Source: a bacterium
Lineage (GTDB): Bacteria; JADJOY01
Assembly (NCBI GenBank): GCA_046331705.1
Contig: JAXLQJ010000010.1
Span: 1-64,000, forward strand
Direction of reading: 5' to 3'
DNA length: 64,000 nucleotides
Part shown: positions 1 to 10,700 of the stretch, piece by piece
Layout of the letters: each line of letters opens with the position of its first letter
Position numbering within the stretch: position 1 is the first letter of the stretch
Translations under genes and position numbers: made by a program
The notes under the pieces: generated by a model
The model's input: only the letters and a program-made list of their open reading frames with translations
Databases searched by the model: none
What the model was told of the DNA's origin: nothing

Positions 1-703
1 GCGCCCACACGCCGGCCAAGCAATCGGCCTGCAGCTCGAGGCGCACCGAGAGCCGATTCGCCTCCTCCTCGGTGGCATCCCGCTGTGCCTCGGCGATGCG
101 CTGCGAGAAGCCGAGCAGGTTCTGTACGTGGTGCCCGACCTCGTGGGCGATGACGTAGGCCTGCGCGAAATCGCCGGGCGCATGAAAACGGCTGCGCAGG
201 TCGTCGTAGAACGAGAGGTCGATGTAGAGCTTCTGGTCAGCCGGGCAATAGAAGGGACCGACGGCGGCGTGCGCGAACCCGCACGCCGAATCCACCGCGC
301 GGGAGAAGAGCACGAGGATCGGCTCCTCGTACTCGCGGCCGCTCTGCTGGAAGAGATCGTGCCAGGTGTCCTCGGTGTCACCGAGGATCACCGACACGAA
401 GTCGCGCATCTCGTCCTCGCGCGCCGAGGTCTGCGCGTCCGGCGCGTCGGCGTCGCCATCGAAGGAGCCGCCGCCCGTGGAAGAGCGTGGCGGCTCGCGT
501 GGCACCGTGGCCCCCGTGCTCTGCAGCAGCTCCTCGGGGTTGATGATGCCCAGATAGGCGAGCACCACGAGCAGCACCAGCGCGCCGACCGATCCCCGCA
601 GGCCCAACGCTCGCAGCGGCGGCGCGCCCATTCCGGCGGCCGGCACGAGCTCGTCGCGCCGGTCGTCGATGTTGGTGCTGCGGCGTCCGCCTCGCCACTT
701 CAC
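1..703 (-). CDS. Neutral zinc metallopeptidase (YpfJ-like), 3' end beyond window start
   Basis: Not in ORF track because it has no stop in the window. Manual translation from GTG at 703: [16 protein letters not shown]...[17 protein letters not shown]...[19 protein letters not shown]...[12 protein letters not shown], with HEXXH and family motifs. AGGA upstream. Confidence 0.9.
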   Translation of the reverse strand, partial: MKWRGGRRSTNIDDRRDELVPAAGMGAPPLRALGLRGSVGALVLLVVLAYLGIINPEELLQSTGATVPREPPRSSTGGGSFDGDADAPDAQTSAREDEMRDFVSVILGDTEDTWHDLFQQSGREYEEPILVLFSRAVDSACGFAHAAVGPFYCPADQKLYIDLSFYDDLRSRFHAPGDFAQAYVIAHEVGHHVQNLLGFSQRIAEAQRDATEEEANRLSVRLELQADCLAGVWA

Positions 704-730
704 GATGCCGAGTCCTGCGTGCGCGCGCGC

Positions 731-1723
731 TCAGCGCTCGAACGGGATGGTGATGCCGATCTTCTCGCGCACCGCGCGATCGTAGACGGCGCGTGCCGTG
801 GCCACGTCCTGGAGCGCGAGCCCGGTGGAGTCGAAGACCGTGATGTCGCGAGGCGAGGTCCGGCCCTCGATCTTGCCCGCCAGGACTTGGCCGAGCGTGC
901 CGGCGATCTGCTCGCTGTGGAACGCACCGCTCGCGAGCGGCACGTTGATCTCGCCGCTGTGGCTCGCTTGCTCCGGGTCGTCGACGAAGACCCGCGCGGC
1001 GCCGAGGATCGCCGGATCGAGCTCTTGCTTGCCCGGCGCATCGGCGCCGATCGCGCTGATGTGGGCGCCGTCCGCGACCCACGCGCGCTCGACCACCGGC
1101 TCGTGCGAGGGCGTGGTCGTGATGATCACGTCCGCGCCGCGCACCGCCTGCTCGACGCTCGCGGCGGTCTCGAAGGCGACGCCGCGTCCCCCGAACTCGT
1201 TCGCGAGCGCCGGGATCAGGCTGGTGTTGGGATCGTAGAGCCGCACCGTGCGGATGGCGCGCACACGCAGCAGCGCGTCGAGCTGGGTGTGGCTCTGCGC
1301 GCCCGCGCCGATCAGCGCCGCGACGCTCGCGTCCGGTCGCGAGAGGTGCTTGGCGGCGATCCCGCCCGCGGCGCCGGTGCGCATCAGCGTGATGAAGGTG
1401 GCGTCCATGATCGCCAGCGGCTCGGCGGTCTCGGGATCGCTCAGGATGAACACGGCGATCACCGCCGGCAGCCCCTTGGCCGGGTTCGCCGTGTACGACG
1501 AGACCCATTTCATCCCCGCCGATTTGAGCGCCGGGATGTAGGCGGGCATGGCGCGGAAATCGCCCTGATACTCGGGAAGATCGAGATAGATCTTGGAGGG
1601 CATGCGCGCTTCGCCCCGCCCGTGAGCGAGGAACGCCGCCTCGGTCGCGACCAGCGTCGTCTCCATGTCGAGGAGCTTGCGCACCTCGGAGCGGGTCAGG
1701 ATCAGCGTGTCGCGGATCGCCAT
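731..1723 (-). CDS. Ornithine cyclodeaminase / mu-crystallin family (alanine dehydrogenase-like)
   Basis: MRTGAAGGIAAKHL, GAGAQ, FDSTGLALQDVATA motifs. Confidence 0.9.
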   Translation of the reverse strand: MAIRDTLILTRSEVRKLLDMETTLVATEAAFLAHGRGEARMPSKIYLDLPEYQGDFRAMPAYIPALKSAGMKWVSSYTANPAKGLPAVIAVFILSDPETAEPLAIMDATFITLMRTGAAGGIAAKHLSRPDASVAALIGAGAQSHTQLDALLRVRAIRTVRLYDPNTSLIPALANEFGGRGVAFETAASVEQAVRGADVIITTTPSHEPVVERAWVADGAHISAIGADAPGKQELDPAILGAARVFVDDPEQASHSGEINVPLASGAFHSEQIAGTLGQVLAGKIEGRTSPRDITVFDSTGLALQDVATARAVYDRAVREKIGITIPFER

Positions 1724-1753
1724 GGGTGGTGCCTCCTCGGAAGCGCGATTGGA

Positions 1754-2746
1754 TCACACCATCCCGCGCGAGCGGAACCAGTCGATCGCCTTCTCGACCG
1801 CCGTGCGGAGCGGCGTCACCTCCAAGCCGAGCACCTTGCGGGCCTTCGCGTTGTCGAAATAGACGTGTTGATTCGCGTACTCGAAGGCCTTGAGGGTGCC
1901 GAGGGGCTTGCGGCCCGTGACCTTCGACACGCGCTCCGAGGTGGAGACCATCGCGCGGATGGCGGCGGTCGGGATCTTCACGTCGGGAATCCAGATGCCG
2001 GCGACCTCGGCCACCAGCTTCGCGAAATCGCGATAGGTGACGTTGTGGCCGGCGAGGATGTAACGCTCGCCGATGTGCCCCTTGGCGCCCGCCAGCAGGT
2101 GGCCGCGCGCCACGTCCTCCACGTCGACCGCGTTGAAGCCGCCTTCCATGTAGCCCGGCACCACGCGCTTGACGGTGTTGATGATGATCTCGCCGGTGGG
2201 CGTGGGCCCGATGTCGCCGGCGCCGAACGGAAAGGCCGGGTTCACGATCACCGCGGGCAGCCCGCGGCGGATGAAATCGAGCACCTCGAGCTCGGAGATG
2301 TACTTGCTCAGGATGTAGTCGTTGGCGCGATCCCAGAGGTTGAAGAGCGTGGTCTCGTCGGCGGGCTCTTGGCCGGCGCGCTTGCCGACCGCGGCGATCG
2401 AGCTGGTGTGCACCACCTTCTCGATGCTCTTCGACGCGAGCGCGGCGCCCAGCAGCGCGCGCGTCCCCTCGACGTTCACCTCGTACATCAACGCGGGACG
2501 CTTGAGCCAGAGCTGGTAGATCGCGGCGAGATGGTAGAGCTCGCGGCAACCCTTGAGCGCCTTCTTCACGACCTCGGAGTCGCGCAGATCGCCCTCGACG
2601 CGCTCCACGTCCAGCGCGTCGATGTTGGTGGTCTTGGCGCCGGGCTCGACCAGCGCACGCACGTCGTGGCCCTCGTCGAGGAGCAGCCGAACCACGTGCG
2701 AGCCGATGAACCCCGTGCCACCGGTCACCAAGACCTTCATCTTCAT
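1754..2746 (-). CDS. NAD-dependent epimerase/dehydratase (dihydroflavonol-reductase/HpnA-like)
   Basis: Start reset to MKMKVLVTGGTGFIG (GGAGG RBS). YxxxK (YILSK) and PTPTG motifs. Confidence 0.88.
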   Translation of the reverse strand: MKMKVLVTGGTGFIGSHVVRLLLDEGHDVRALVEPGAKTTNIDALDVERVEGDLRDSEVVKKALKGCRELYHLAAIYQLWLKRPALMYEVNVEGTRALLGAALASKSIEKVVHTSSIAAVGKRAGQEPADETTLFNLWDRANDYILSKYISELEVLDFIRRGLPAVIVNPAFPFGAGDIGPTPTGEIIINTVKRVVPGYMEGGFNAVDVEDVARGHLLAGAKGHIGERYILAGHNVTYRDFAKLVAEVAGIWIPDVKIPTAAIRAMVSTSERVSKVTGRKPLGTLKAFEYANQHVYFDNAKARKVLGLEVTPLRTAVEKAIDWFRSRGMV

Positions 2747-3342
2747 GCGCCTCCGTTCGGTGCTTCGTCGCGAAAAAGCCCGCGCGCGGCAATGTAGCGC
2801 GCCACTCCTTCGGTCACGAGCCCCGCGAGCGGCTGGTGTGCCCGGAGGCGCGCGCGGATGTCGACGCTGCGCACGTCGTCGAGGAAGGGCTCGAGGCCGA
2901 GCTCGCGATTGGCCGCGTCGAACCCGCGCCGCGGGATCCAGAGCGGCGGCGCGAGGCGCTCCACCTCGTGGAAATCCTTCCAATGGGTCCGCTCTTCGTA
3001 GAGATCGGCGCCCAGCACCACGCGGAAGCCGCGCCCCGGGAATCGCGCGTGCAGGAAGCGCAAGGTGTCGATGGTGCGACCGGTGCGGCCGGGCACGTCT
3101 TGCTCGTAGGTCACCACGCGCGCCCGGCGCTCGGGATCGTCGAGATCGGCGAGCATGCGCTCGCACATCGCCACGCGATCGGCGAACGGCGCCAGCGCCT
3201 TGCCGAACGGGTGCGCGTAGGCGGGCATGAGCCAGAGCTCGCCGGCGTGCACCCGCAGCACGTGCCGGCACACACCGAGGTGGCCGAGGTGTGGCGGGTT
3301 GAAGCTGCCGCCGAAGAGCGCGACGGGCGGCGGCGCCTCCAT
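2743..3342 (-). CDS. nadD: Nicotinate-nucleotide adenylyltransferase
   Basis: FGGSFNPPHLGH, TIDTL, GAD, W-K motifs. Adjacent to pncB, 4-bp overlap with downstream gene. Confidence 0.88.
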   Translation of the reverse strand: MEAPPPVALFGGSFNPPHLGHLGVCRHVLRVHAGELWLMPAYAHPFGKALAPFADRVAMCERMLADLDDPERRARVVTYEQDVPGRTGRTIDTLRFLHARFPGRGFRVVLGADLYEERTHWKDFHEVERLAPPLWIPRRGFDAANRELGLEPFLDDVRSVDIRARLRAHQPLAGLVTEGVARYIAARGLFRDEAPNGGA

Positions 3343-4641
3343 TCAGCCCTCGATCTCGAAGCGGACGGGAAAGCGTTCGGGGACGGCGAGGCGGCGGACC
3401 TCGGGCGGCAGCGCACGCAGCTGCTCGGCGGCGCGCGCGCGGGCCCTCGCCAGCGGCTCGAGCGGTCGCATCCGCACGCCCCCCTCGATCACCGCTTCGA
3501 GCAGCGCGCGTTCACCCGATTCCGCGGACGCATCACGCGCCACGACGCGATCGCCGAGGGCCTGCCCGGACGCGTCGAAGCGACGCATCACCTGCTTCGC
3601 GCCGGCGACGTTCACCTTGCCCGGGCTGCGCTTGGCCGGGCGGCGCACGCCGTCCGGCCCGTCGATCTCGACCAGCTTCATGACCGCGCCCAGCGCGGGC
3701 GCGTCGGCGGGGGTCGCGAGCTGCTTGCCGACGCCGAATCGGTCGATGGGTGCGTCCGCGCACACCAGCTCGTCGATGCGGTACTCGTCGAGCTCTCCGC
3801 TCGCGGTGACGATCGTCGCGGCGAGGCCGTGCGCATCGAGGTGGGCGCGCACCCGCCGGCTGATCGTCGCGAGATCCCCCGAGTCGATCCGCACGCCGCG
3901 CACCGGGCGCTCGAGCTCCACGAGCGCCGCCAGCGCGCCCTCCACGTCGTAGGTGTCGAGCGGCACGAGATCGGTCTCCGGGAAGAGATCGAGCAGGCGC
4001 GCGAAGGCCTCGGGCTCTCGCTCGTGAGCGAGCACCCACGCGTGCGAGACCGCGCCCACCAGCGGAATGCCGTGGCGGAGCGCCGCCTCGACGTTCGACG
4101 TGGCGGCGGTGCCGGCGAGGTGCGCGGCGCGTGCGATCACCGCCGCGGCGGCGCGTCCGGCGGCGCGCCGGCTCGCGAACTCGATCACGTCGCGCCCGCG
4201 CGCGGCCACCACCAATCGCGACGCCTTGGTGGCGGCGGTCGTGGCGAGCTGGATCGTCGCGAGCGTGAGCGTCTCGAAGAGCGAGATCTCGGTCAGCGAG
4301 GCGGTGATCTGGAGCAGCGGCTCGCCGGAGAAGACGGGCGTCCCCTCGGCGGGCGCGCGAACCGAGCCCGTGAAGCGATAGTCGGCGAGCCACGCGAAGA
4401 AGGAGTCGGGCGCGTCGCGCAGCGCGGGCAACGCGCGCAGGTGCGCGACTTCGTCGGCCGAGAAGCGCAATCCCGCGATCCCGTCCGCCGCTTCGTCCAC
4501 GCCTGCGACGACCAGGTAGTTGCGATTGCGCGGCAGCGCGCGAACGAAGACTTCCGCCGTGGCGATCTCGTCACGCCGCGCGGCGTGGTGCGCCGCCGCC
4601 ATCACCAGGCCCTGCAGATCGATGTCGAGCGCGCCGGTCAT
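3343..4641 (-). CDS. pncB: Nicotinate phosphoribosyltransferase (divergent)
   Basis: TSNV, DTYD, GVRIDSGDL, ASGELDEY, FGVG motifs. Confidence 0.85.
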   Translation of the reverse strand: MTGALDIDLQGLVMAAAHHAARRDEIATAEVFVRALPRNRNYLVVAGVDEAADGIAGLRFSADEVAHLRALPALRDAPDSFFAWLADYRFTGSVRAPAEGTPVFSGEPLLQITASLTEISLFETLTLATIQLATTAATKASRLVVAARGRDVIEFASRRAAGRAAAAVIARAAHLAGTAATSNVEAALRHGIPLVGAVSHAWVLAHEREPEAFARLLDLFPETDLVPLDTYDVEGALAALVELERPVRGVRIDSGDLATISRRVRAHLDAHGLAATIVTASGELDEYRIDELVCADAPIDRFGVGKQLATPADAPALGAVMKLVEIDGPDGVRRPAKRSPGKVNVAGAKQVMRRFDASGQALGDRVVARDASAESGERALLEAVIEGGVRMRPLEPLARARARAAEQLRALPPEVRRLAVPERFPVRFEIEG

Positions 4642-4648
4642 TCCGCGA

Positions 4649-5077
4649 TCAGCCGGGACCCGGCTCCGCGAGGAAGCCCTTGCCAGGCACGTGATTCACC
4701 TCGAGGCGGATGCCGTCGGGGTCCTCGAAGAGCACCGAGTAGTAGCCCGGCATCCACGCGCCTTCCTCCGGCGGGTGCACGATGGTGGCGCCGATCGACT
4801 CCAGGTGCTGATGGAGCGCGTCGACGTCGGCCCGTTCGCGAGCGCGGAAGCAGAGGTGGTGAAGGCCCACGCGAAACTGGGCGAATCGCTCGCGGGCGTG
4901 CGCGTCGTCGCAGCGCACCACGCCGACCGCCGTGCGGCCGCCGACGTAGTAGAGGTAACCGTCGCCGTCGATCATCGGCTTGAGGCCGAGGAACGAGAGC
5001 AAGCTCGTGTAGAACGGGCGAGCCTTGTCGAAATCGCTCACCGTCAGGAACACGTGGGCGATGCCATTGATCTCCAC
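4649..5077 (-). CDS. VOC/glyoxalase family protein
   Basis: GTG start after GAGGAGG. GIAHVFLTVSD, GLHHLCFRA, YYSVLFEDPDGIRLE. Confidence 0.88.
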   Translation of the reverse strand: MEINGIAHVFLTVSDFDKARPFYTSLLSFLGLKPMIDGDGYLYYVGGRTAVGVVRCDDAHARERFAQFRVGLHHLCFRARERADVDALHQHLESIGATIVHPPEEGAWMPGYYSVLFEDPDGIRLEVNHVPGKGFLAEPGPG

Positions 5078-5241
5078 CGCGCCCTCCTCCGCGTCGCTGG
5101 GCCGAGACGCGGCGCCAGTCTCGCCGAACGTCCGGACCGCGAGCAACGCGTCAGCGCACCCCGCGTTCCGGCGCGGCAAGCGACGGAACGTCGCGCCGCC
5201 GGGTGCGCATCCGCCGCGGCGCCACCGCGACGGGCGCCGCG

Positions 5242-6525
5242 CTACCGATTCGCGAGCAACGCGTCCACGGACGGCTGCACCTGCGCCAGCCGGAACGAGC
5301 CGGCGCCCGAGTACGTGGCGCGGATGCGCCCGGCGCGATCGATGAGCACGGCGCTCGGAACACCGTTGAACCCGTAGGAGCGCTGGGTGCCCGGCACGGT
5401 CACGACGGTGGGGACCGTCACCCCGACCCGGCGCAGGTAGTCGTCGACCGTGACGGTGCGCTTGTCGATGCTCACCGCGATCACGTTGACACCCTTGCCG
5501 CGCAGCGAGTCGTGGAGCTTCTGCACCTCGGGCATCTCCTTCCGGCACCAACCGCACCAGGTCGCCCAGAACACCACCAGGTTCACGCGGCCCGAGAGCG
5601 CGTCGAAGCTGCGCGGGGCGCCCGCGTAGGTCTCGCGGAACTCGAAACGCGGTGCCTTGCGCGCGTTCGGCGCGGCGACGAGCTTCGCCGGCGGTCCCGT
5701 CGCCGGGCCGAGCGATTCGCCGTCATCGGGAGACGGCGCGTCGTCCGGATCCTCCGAGAACGGCTTGGAGACCTCGGCGCGCGCGAGCTCGGCCGGATCC
5801 GGCGGCAACGCGCGAGCGACCAGCGCGCTCAGCAGCGCGCGGCCCGCGCCGGTGAGCGAGTCGGGAGTGCCGCCGAAACCCCACAGCACCCGGTTGTCGA
5901 ATCGGGTGATGGCGAACGCGGCGGCTGCGTCGTCGCTGACGCGGCCGACCGCCTCGACGCCCACCGCGCGTCGCGCGTCGACGCCGACGATGGTGCGCAT
6001 CGGCACGTCGTTGGCGTAGATCGCGATCCGCCCATCCGGCTCTTTCGGCAACGACGGCGGCAGATCGAGCTGCGAGGCGGCCGCGGCCGACAGGGCCACC
6101 GCGCGCCCGCTCGCGGGCGTGAACCGCGCGCCCTCGGTGCCGGCGCCCTGCGGCGCCACCAGCTCGGTCGCGGCACCCATGAGAAAGAGCGGATGCGCGG
6201 ACACCGCCTTCCACGGTCCCGGGTGGCCCTTCCAGTAGAGCGCGGTGTCCGAGGTCGCGAACACCAGCCCGCACGCCAGTAGGTCGGGGCGATTGGCGAC
6301 CTGATCCAGGTCGAGGGCGTCGATCACCCGCGTGGCGATGCGGTGCTCGCGCAGGGTCTTCTCCCATTGCGCCGCGAGCGCGGGAGTGGCCGAGACCACG
6401 CACACGGTGCGCTCGGCGGGCTGTGCGGACGCCGCCGTGGCGCCGGTGAACGCGAGCCAGGTGGCGGCAACGGCGCACCACCGGGCGACGCTGCGTGCTC
6501 GCGCTGCGACGTCGAACGGGCGCAT
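5242..6525 (-). CDS. Exported protein with C-terminal TlpA-type thioredoxin domain
   Basis: Signal-peptide-like N-terminus. FWATWCGWCRKEMP and GVPSAVLID motifs. Confidence 0.8.
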   Translation of the reverse strand: MRPFDVAARARSVARWCAVAATWLAFTGATAASAQPAERTVCVVSATPALAAQWEKTLREHRIATRVIDALDLDQVANRPDLLACGLVFATSDTALYWKGHPGPWKAVSAHPLFLMGAATELVAPQGAGTEGARFTPASGRAVALSAAAASQLDLPPSLPKEPDGRIAIYANDVPMRTIVGVDARRAVGVEAVGRVSDDAAAAFAITRFDNRVLWGFGGTPDSLTGAGRALLSALVARALPPDPAELARAEVSKPFSEDPDDAPSPDDGESLGPATGPPAKLVAAPNARKAPRFEFRETYAGAPRSFDALSGRVNLVVFWATWCGWCRKEMPEVQKLHDSLRGKGVNVIAVSIDKRTVTVDDYLRRVGVTVPTVVTVPGTQRSYGFNGVPSAVLIDRAGRIRATYSGAGSFRLAQVQPSVDALLANR

Positions 6526-6619
6526 GGGGGCAGACTCTCACAGCTCCGGTGCTTTGGAAATCGCCGCCGTTCCACGCCGCCGTTCCAGGGTCGCGCCGGC
6601 GCGCACACGGCGCGCTCGG

Positions 6620-7675
6620 CTAGTTGGAATCGCGAACGAACGCGGCGAACGCGCGGCCGTTGCCTCGCAGCGATCCGTCGGGATTCTGCAGCCCGCGCCG
6701 ATCGTTGCCATCCATGCTCGACCACACGACGAACGGCATGCCCAGGCGTCGCGCGGCGGCGAGCATCGCGGTGACCTCGTCGTCGTCGCTGGTGGGCTGG
6801 CCGAGCTCGTTCGAGACGACCGGCAAGCCGGTGGCGCGGCTCAGATGGCGCGCCGCTTCCTCGAACGCGGCGGCGTCGGGGATGTCCCAGTGGAGGTTCA
6901 CGAAATCCGCCTTCGCCCCCGCATAACCGGCGAGCAGCGCCCGGCCGCGCTCCACCGCCCGCGCGGCGCGCTCGCGACCACCCGGCCCGCGCAGCTCGCG
7001 GCGCTCGGCTTCGCTCGTCGCCCGCTCCACGAACGCGTCCGCGCGGTCGACCTGCCCTTGCGCGCGCAGTTGCTCGGCCACCAGCAGCGCCACCACCTTG
7101 CTCGGCAGCCCGCCGTTGGTGCAGCGCACGCCGCGCGCGTGCGCCGCGGCGCACGCAGCGCGCAGCAGCTCGGCGTATTGCTCGGGCGTTCCGGCGAAGC
7201 GGCTCGGCGAGCTCTCCTCGTCCTCGATCGACACCAGCGCCGGCTTGTACTTGTCGAGGACGCTGCCGAGACGCGCTTCGTAGCGCGCCAGATCGAGCGG
7301 CGGCTTCGAGGGCGCGCCCGAGGGACCGCGATCGCCGCTGTTGCGAACGGTGAGCACGATCGCGAAGCCCGCCTCCTGGAACGCCTCCGTGTCCTGGTGA
7401 AAGCCACCCCAATCGGAGAGCGTCAGGTCCCATGGCCGTACGTACGCCACGCCCAGCCTCTTCGCGACCTCCACGCGGCTGCGCATCGTGAGCCCGCCGC
7501 CTCCCACCATCACGCCGAAGGGATTGGCGCTGGCGGCGCCGGCGGAACGCACGCCGGCGGCACCCGCCAGGAGCGCGATCGCGATCACGCCGACCGAGCG
7601 CGCGCGAGCGCGCCGCGCGGGCGGCGGATGCCGTGAGCGGCGTGGTTGGCGCGCAGGGGTGGGTCGAGAGGTCAT
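6620..7675 (-). CDS. Exported TIM-barrel protein, possibly clan GH-A glycoside hydrolase
   Basis: Hydrophobic signal segment. IEDEE and VVSNELG resemble acid/base and nucleophile positions, plus FVNLHW. Start uncertain. Confidence 0.55.
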   Translation of the reverse strand: MTSRPTPARQPRRSRHPPPARRARARSVGVIAIALLAGAAGVRSAGAASANPFGVMVGGGGLTMRSRVEVAKRLGVAYVRPWDLTLSDWGGFHQDTEAFQEAGFAIVLTVRNSGDRGPSGAPSKPPLDLARYEARLGSVLDKYKPALVSIEDEESSPSRFAGTPEQYAELLRAACAAAHARGVRCTNGGLPSKVVALLVAEQLRAQGQVDRADAFVERATSEAERRELRGPGGRERAARAVERGRALLAGYAGAKADFVNLHWDIPDAAAFEEAARHLSRATGLPVVSNELGQPTSDDDEVTAMLAAARRLGMPFVVWSSMDGNDRRGLQNPDGSLRGNGRAFAAFVRDSN

Positions 7676-7709
7676 GAGAGGATTCGCGCCCAGTTTGTCC
7701 GGTGCGTCG

Positions 7710-10700
7710 TCACTTGGCGCCGAGCTTCGACGCCTTGGCGCGCGTGTCGCCCGCCGCCACCGCGAGCCCGAGCTTCTCGTAGCTCTTGGCTGCGGCGTTC
7801 AGCAGCTCCTTCCCCTTCGCGCGATCGGTGCTCGCGACGAGCTCTGCGCTGGCGAGCTCGGCATCGGCCTCGCCGGCGGGATCGCCGAGCTCGCGGAAGA
7901 GCTTGCGGGACGAATCGAACGAGGCGCGTGCGTCGTTGGCCTTCCCGGCCGTGGCGTCGAGCCGCCCCACCCCCAGCAGCGCTTCGGCTTTGCCGGTGGG
8001 GACCCCGAGCGCGTCGAAGCGGGCGATGGCCGCGTCGTAGTGTCGCCGGGCTTCCGCGGCGTGGCCGGCGACCCGCTCCACGTCGCCGAGCCGCGCCTCG
8101 CACCAGGCCTCGCCCACGGGACGTTGCACTTGCTGGTAGATCGCCGCGGCGCGCGCCAGGTCCGTCGTCAGGTTCTCCGCGGGTCGAGTGGCGAGCTTGA
8201 GGGTGGCGATGCCGAGCAGCGCGTCCGCCTCGCACTCGGGAGCGGGGTAGAGCGCGCACGTGGTCCGGGCGCCGTCGAACGCGGCTTGCGCCTCCTGGGC
8301 GCGCCCCAGACGAGTCTCGAGCCTGCCGAGCTCGAGCTGAGCGGCGGCCGCCGCGCGGTAGTGGTCGGCTTTCTCGAAGAACGAGCGCGCCTTGTCGAGC
8401 GCCTCGCGAGCGGCGGCGTAGCGTCCGGACGCGCGCTCCAGGCTGGCCAGGACGGCCAGCCCATCGGCTTCCATCTCGGGATTCTGTCGCGACCGTGCCA
8501 GCTCCAGCGAGCGCGCCGCTGCGTCCTTGGCGGCGCCGAGCTTGCCCGTGTCGCGTTCGAGCTCGGCGACGTGTCGCAGCAGCTCGGCTTCCTCGGCGCC
8601 GCGATGGAAGCGTTGCAGAGTCGCGCGTGCGGTCCCGAGCCCGGCGCGGGCTTCGTCGAAGCGCCCACGGCGTGCGGCGAGACTCGCGCGGCGCATCTGA
8701 ATCTCGGCCTCGAATCGCTCGCTCGCGAGCGTCTTGGCCGCGCTGGCGGCCTTCGTGAGCGCGCTTTCGACCTGCGGGATCTGCCCGAGCGTGGTGTCTC
8801 GATCGGCGGCGAGCAGGCTCAGGAAGAGACCCAACTCCGGATTCTGCATTCGCTCCGCGGTGTCGCTGGCTCGTGCCATGGCGTCGCTCGCGTCACCCAG
8901 ATTGGCCATGCGGAAGTAGAGCTGGGCGAGCCCCGCGTCGCTCACCGCCGCGGTGAGATCCTGGTGGGATCGCACTCCGGCGTCGCGCGCCGCCTTCATC
9001 TGCTCGAGCGCGTCCTGCGACTTTCCTTCCCAGCGATCCAGCTCGGAGAGGGTGGTGAGCGCGCTGGCCAGCACCTCGTCGTCGGGGATGCTGCGCGCCA
9101 GCGCGAGCGCTTGCTGAGCGGCCTTGCGCGCCTCGGCGACGCGCCCGCCGCGCTGCGAGAGCACGGAAGCGTGCATCCACCACGCCTTGGCCGCCAGCCG
9201 CGGCTCGTGGATTCGCTCGTAGAGCCCCTTGGCCGCCAGCACGTGCCGCTCGGCCTCGTCCCAGTTGCCGAGCGCCAGATCCAGATGGCACCAGAGGAAG
9301 AGCGCGAGCCCCTCTCGGAGCGGATCGTCGGCCTGCTGGAAGAGCTGCCGCGCGGTGTCGAAGGCCGCGCGCGCAGGCTCGAAGCGCGAGCTCAGCAGCT
9401 CGAGGCCGCCGAGGCTCATCATCGCCATGCCCTCGCCGATGCCGTTGCCGTTGGACCGGAAGAGCCGCTGGGCATCCAGCAGGAACTGGCGCGCCTGATC
9501 GCGGTCGCCGACCTCCGCGGCGAGCCCGCCGAGCTGCAGCAGCGCCGAGCCCTCGACGCTGGGATCGGACACGCCCTTGGCGAGCTCGCGTGCCTTCTCG
9601 ACCGCCGCACGCGCATCGTCGCGGCGGCCCTCCTCGCGATCGAGCGCCGCGAGCTGGAGCACGACGATCAGCTCGCCGGATTTGTCGCTGGCGGCATGGA
9701 ACAACGGTGCCGCCTTCTCGAGCTGCTCGCGGGCCTCGCGCTTCTTGCCTTGCGAGTCGAGGAAGATCGCCAGCGCGTCGCGGGCGCGCGCCTCGTTGGC
9801 GCCGTCCTCCTTGGAGTGGTAGCCGTCGATGGCGCGCTGGTACGCCGCTTGGGCCGCGGCCACATCGCCCTTTTCCGCCAGCTGCTGGGCGGCGCCGAGC
9901 TCGTCGAATGGCGAACGCTGGGCGTCGGTCGCCGTCGCCGGGCCTTCGCCGCTCGATCGCCGGATCGTGTCGATGGCGCGCGCGACCATCTCGCGCTGGT
10001 AGCGATCCCCCTTCGACTTGAGCTCTTCGAGCGCAGGCAGGGCGGGGGCGGCGGTGGGACCCATCAGCTGCAACACGGCGAGCGCCTGCTGCATCTGCTC
10101 GCGGTCGTCGGCCGTCACCATCTGAATCAGCTTGGGAACCGCTTCGGCGGCGGCGCCGCGCAGCTCGTACAAGGTGCTGAGCGCCGCACTGCGGACTTCC
10201 GGGTCCGAATCGTCGAGCAGACCCAGCACCCACGACTTGGAACGAACCAGCACCGACGGTGCCGCGCTCGACGCCACGCGGATCGCGCCGGCACGGACCT
10301 TGGGATCCGAGTCCTTGGCCAGCGTCGCGGCGAGCGCCACGATCTCGTCGGGATCGTGGGCCACGGACCAGAGCGCTCGCGCCGCCGCGACGCGGACCTC
10401 GGGATCGGCGTCCGTGAGCGCGGCACGAATGCCGGGGAGCGCCGCCTTGCGATCGTCGCCGTCGCCCTGCGCCAGCATCTCGAGCGCGCGCTTGCGGCGC
10501 CCGGAATCACCACTTTCCAGCTCCTTCACCCAGCGTGAGGTGAGGTTCTTGGGATCGCCGCCGAGCTTGGTGTACGCGGCCGACGCGGCGGCGACCACGT
10601 CGGAATCCCTGGACGCGAGCAGCGCCTCGATCTTGGGGAGCGCGTCCTTGGCCTTCGGTCCGATCGCCGCGAGCGCGCGCAACGCGCTGGTTCGCAGCAT

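Noticed and set aside
128-2797. 889-aa + strand ORF
   Set aside because: Antisense shadow of three clear minus-strand genes, typical of high-GC DNA.
7488-10538. 1016-aa + strand ORF
   Set aside because: Antisense to the HEAT/TPR gene and has no motifs.
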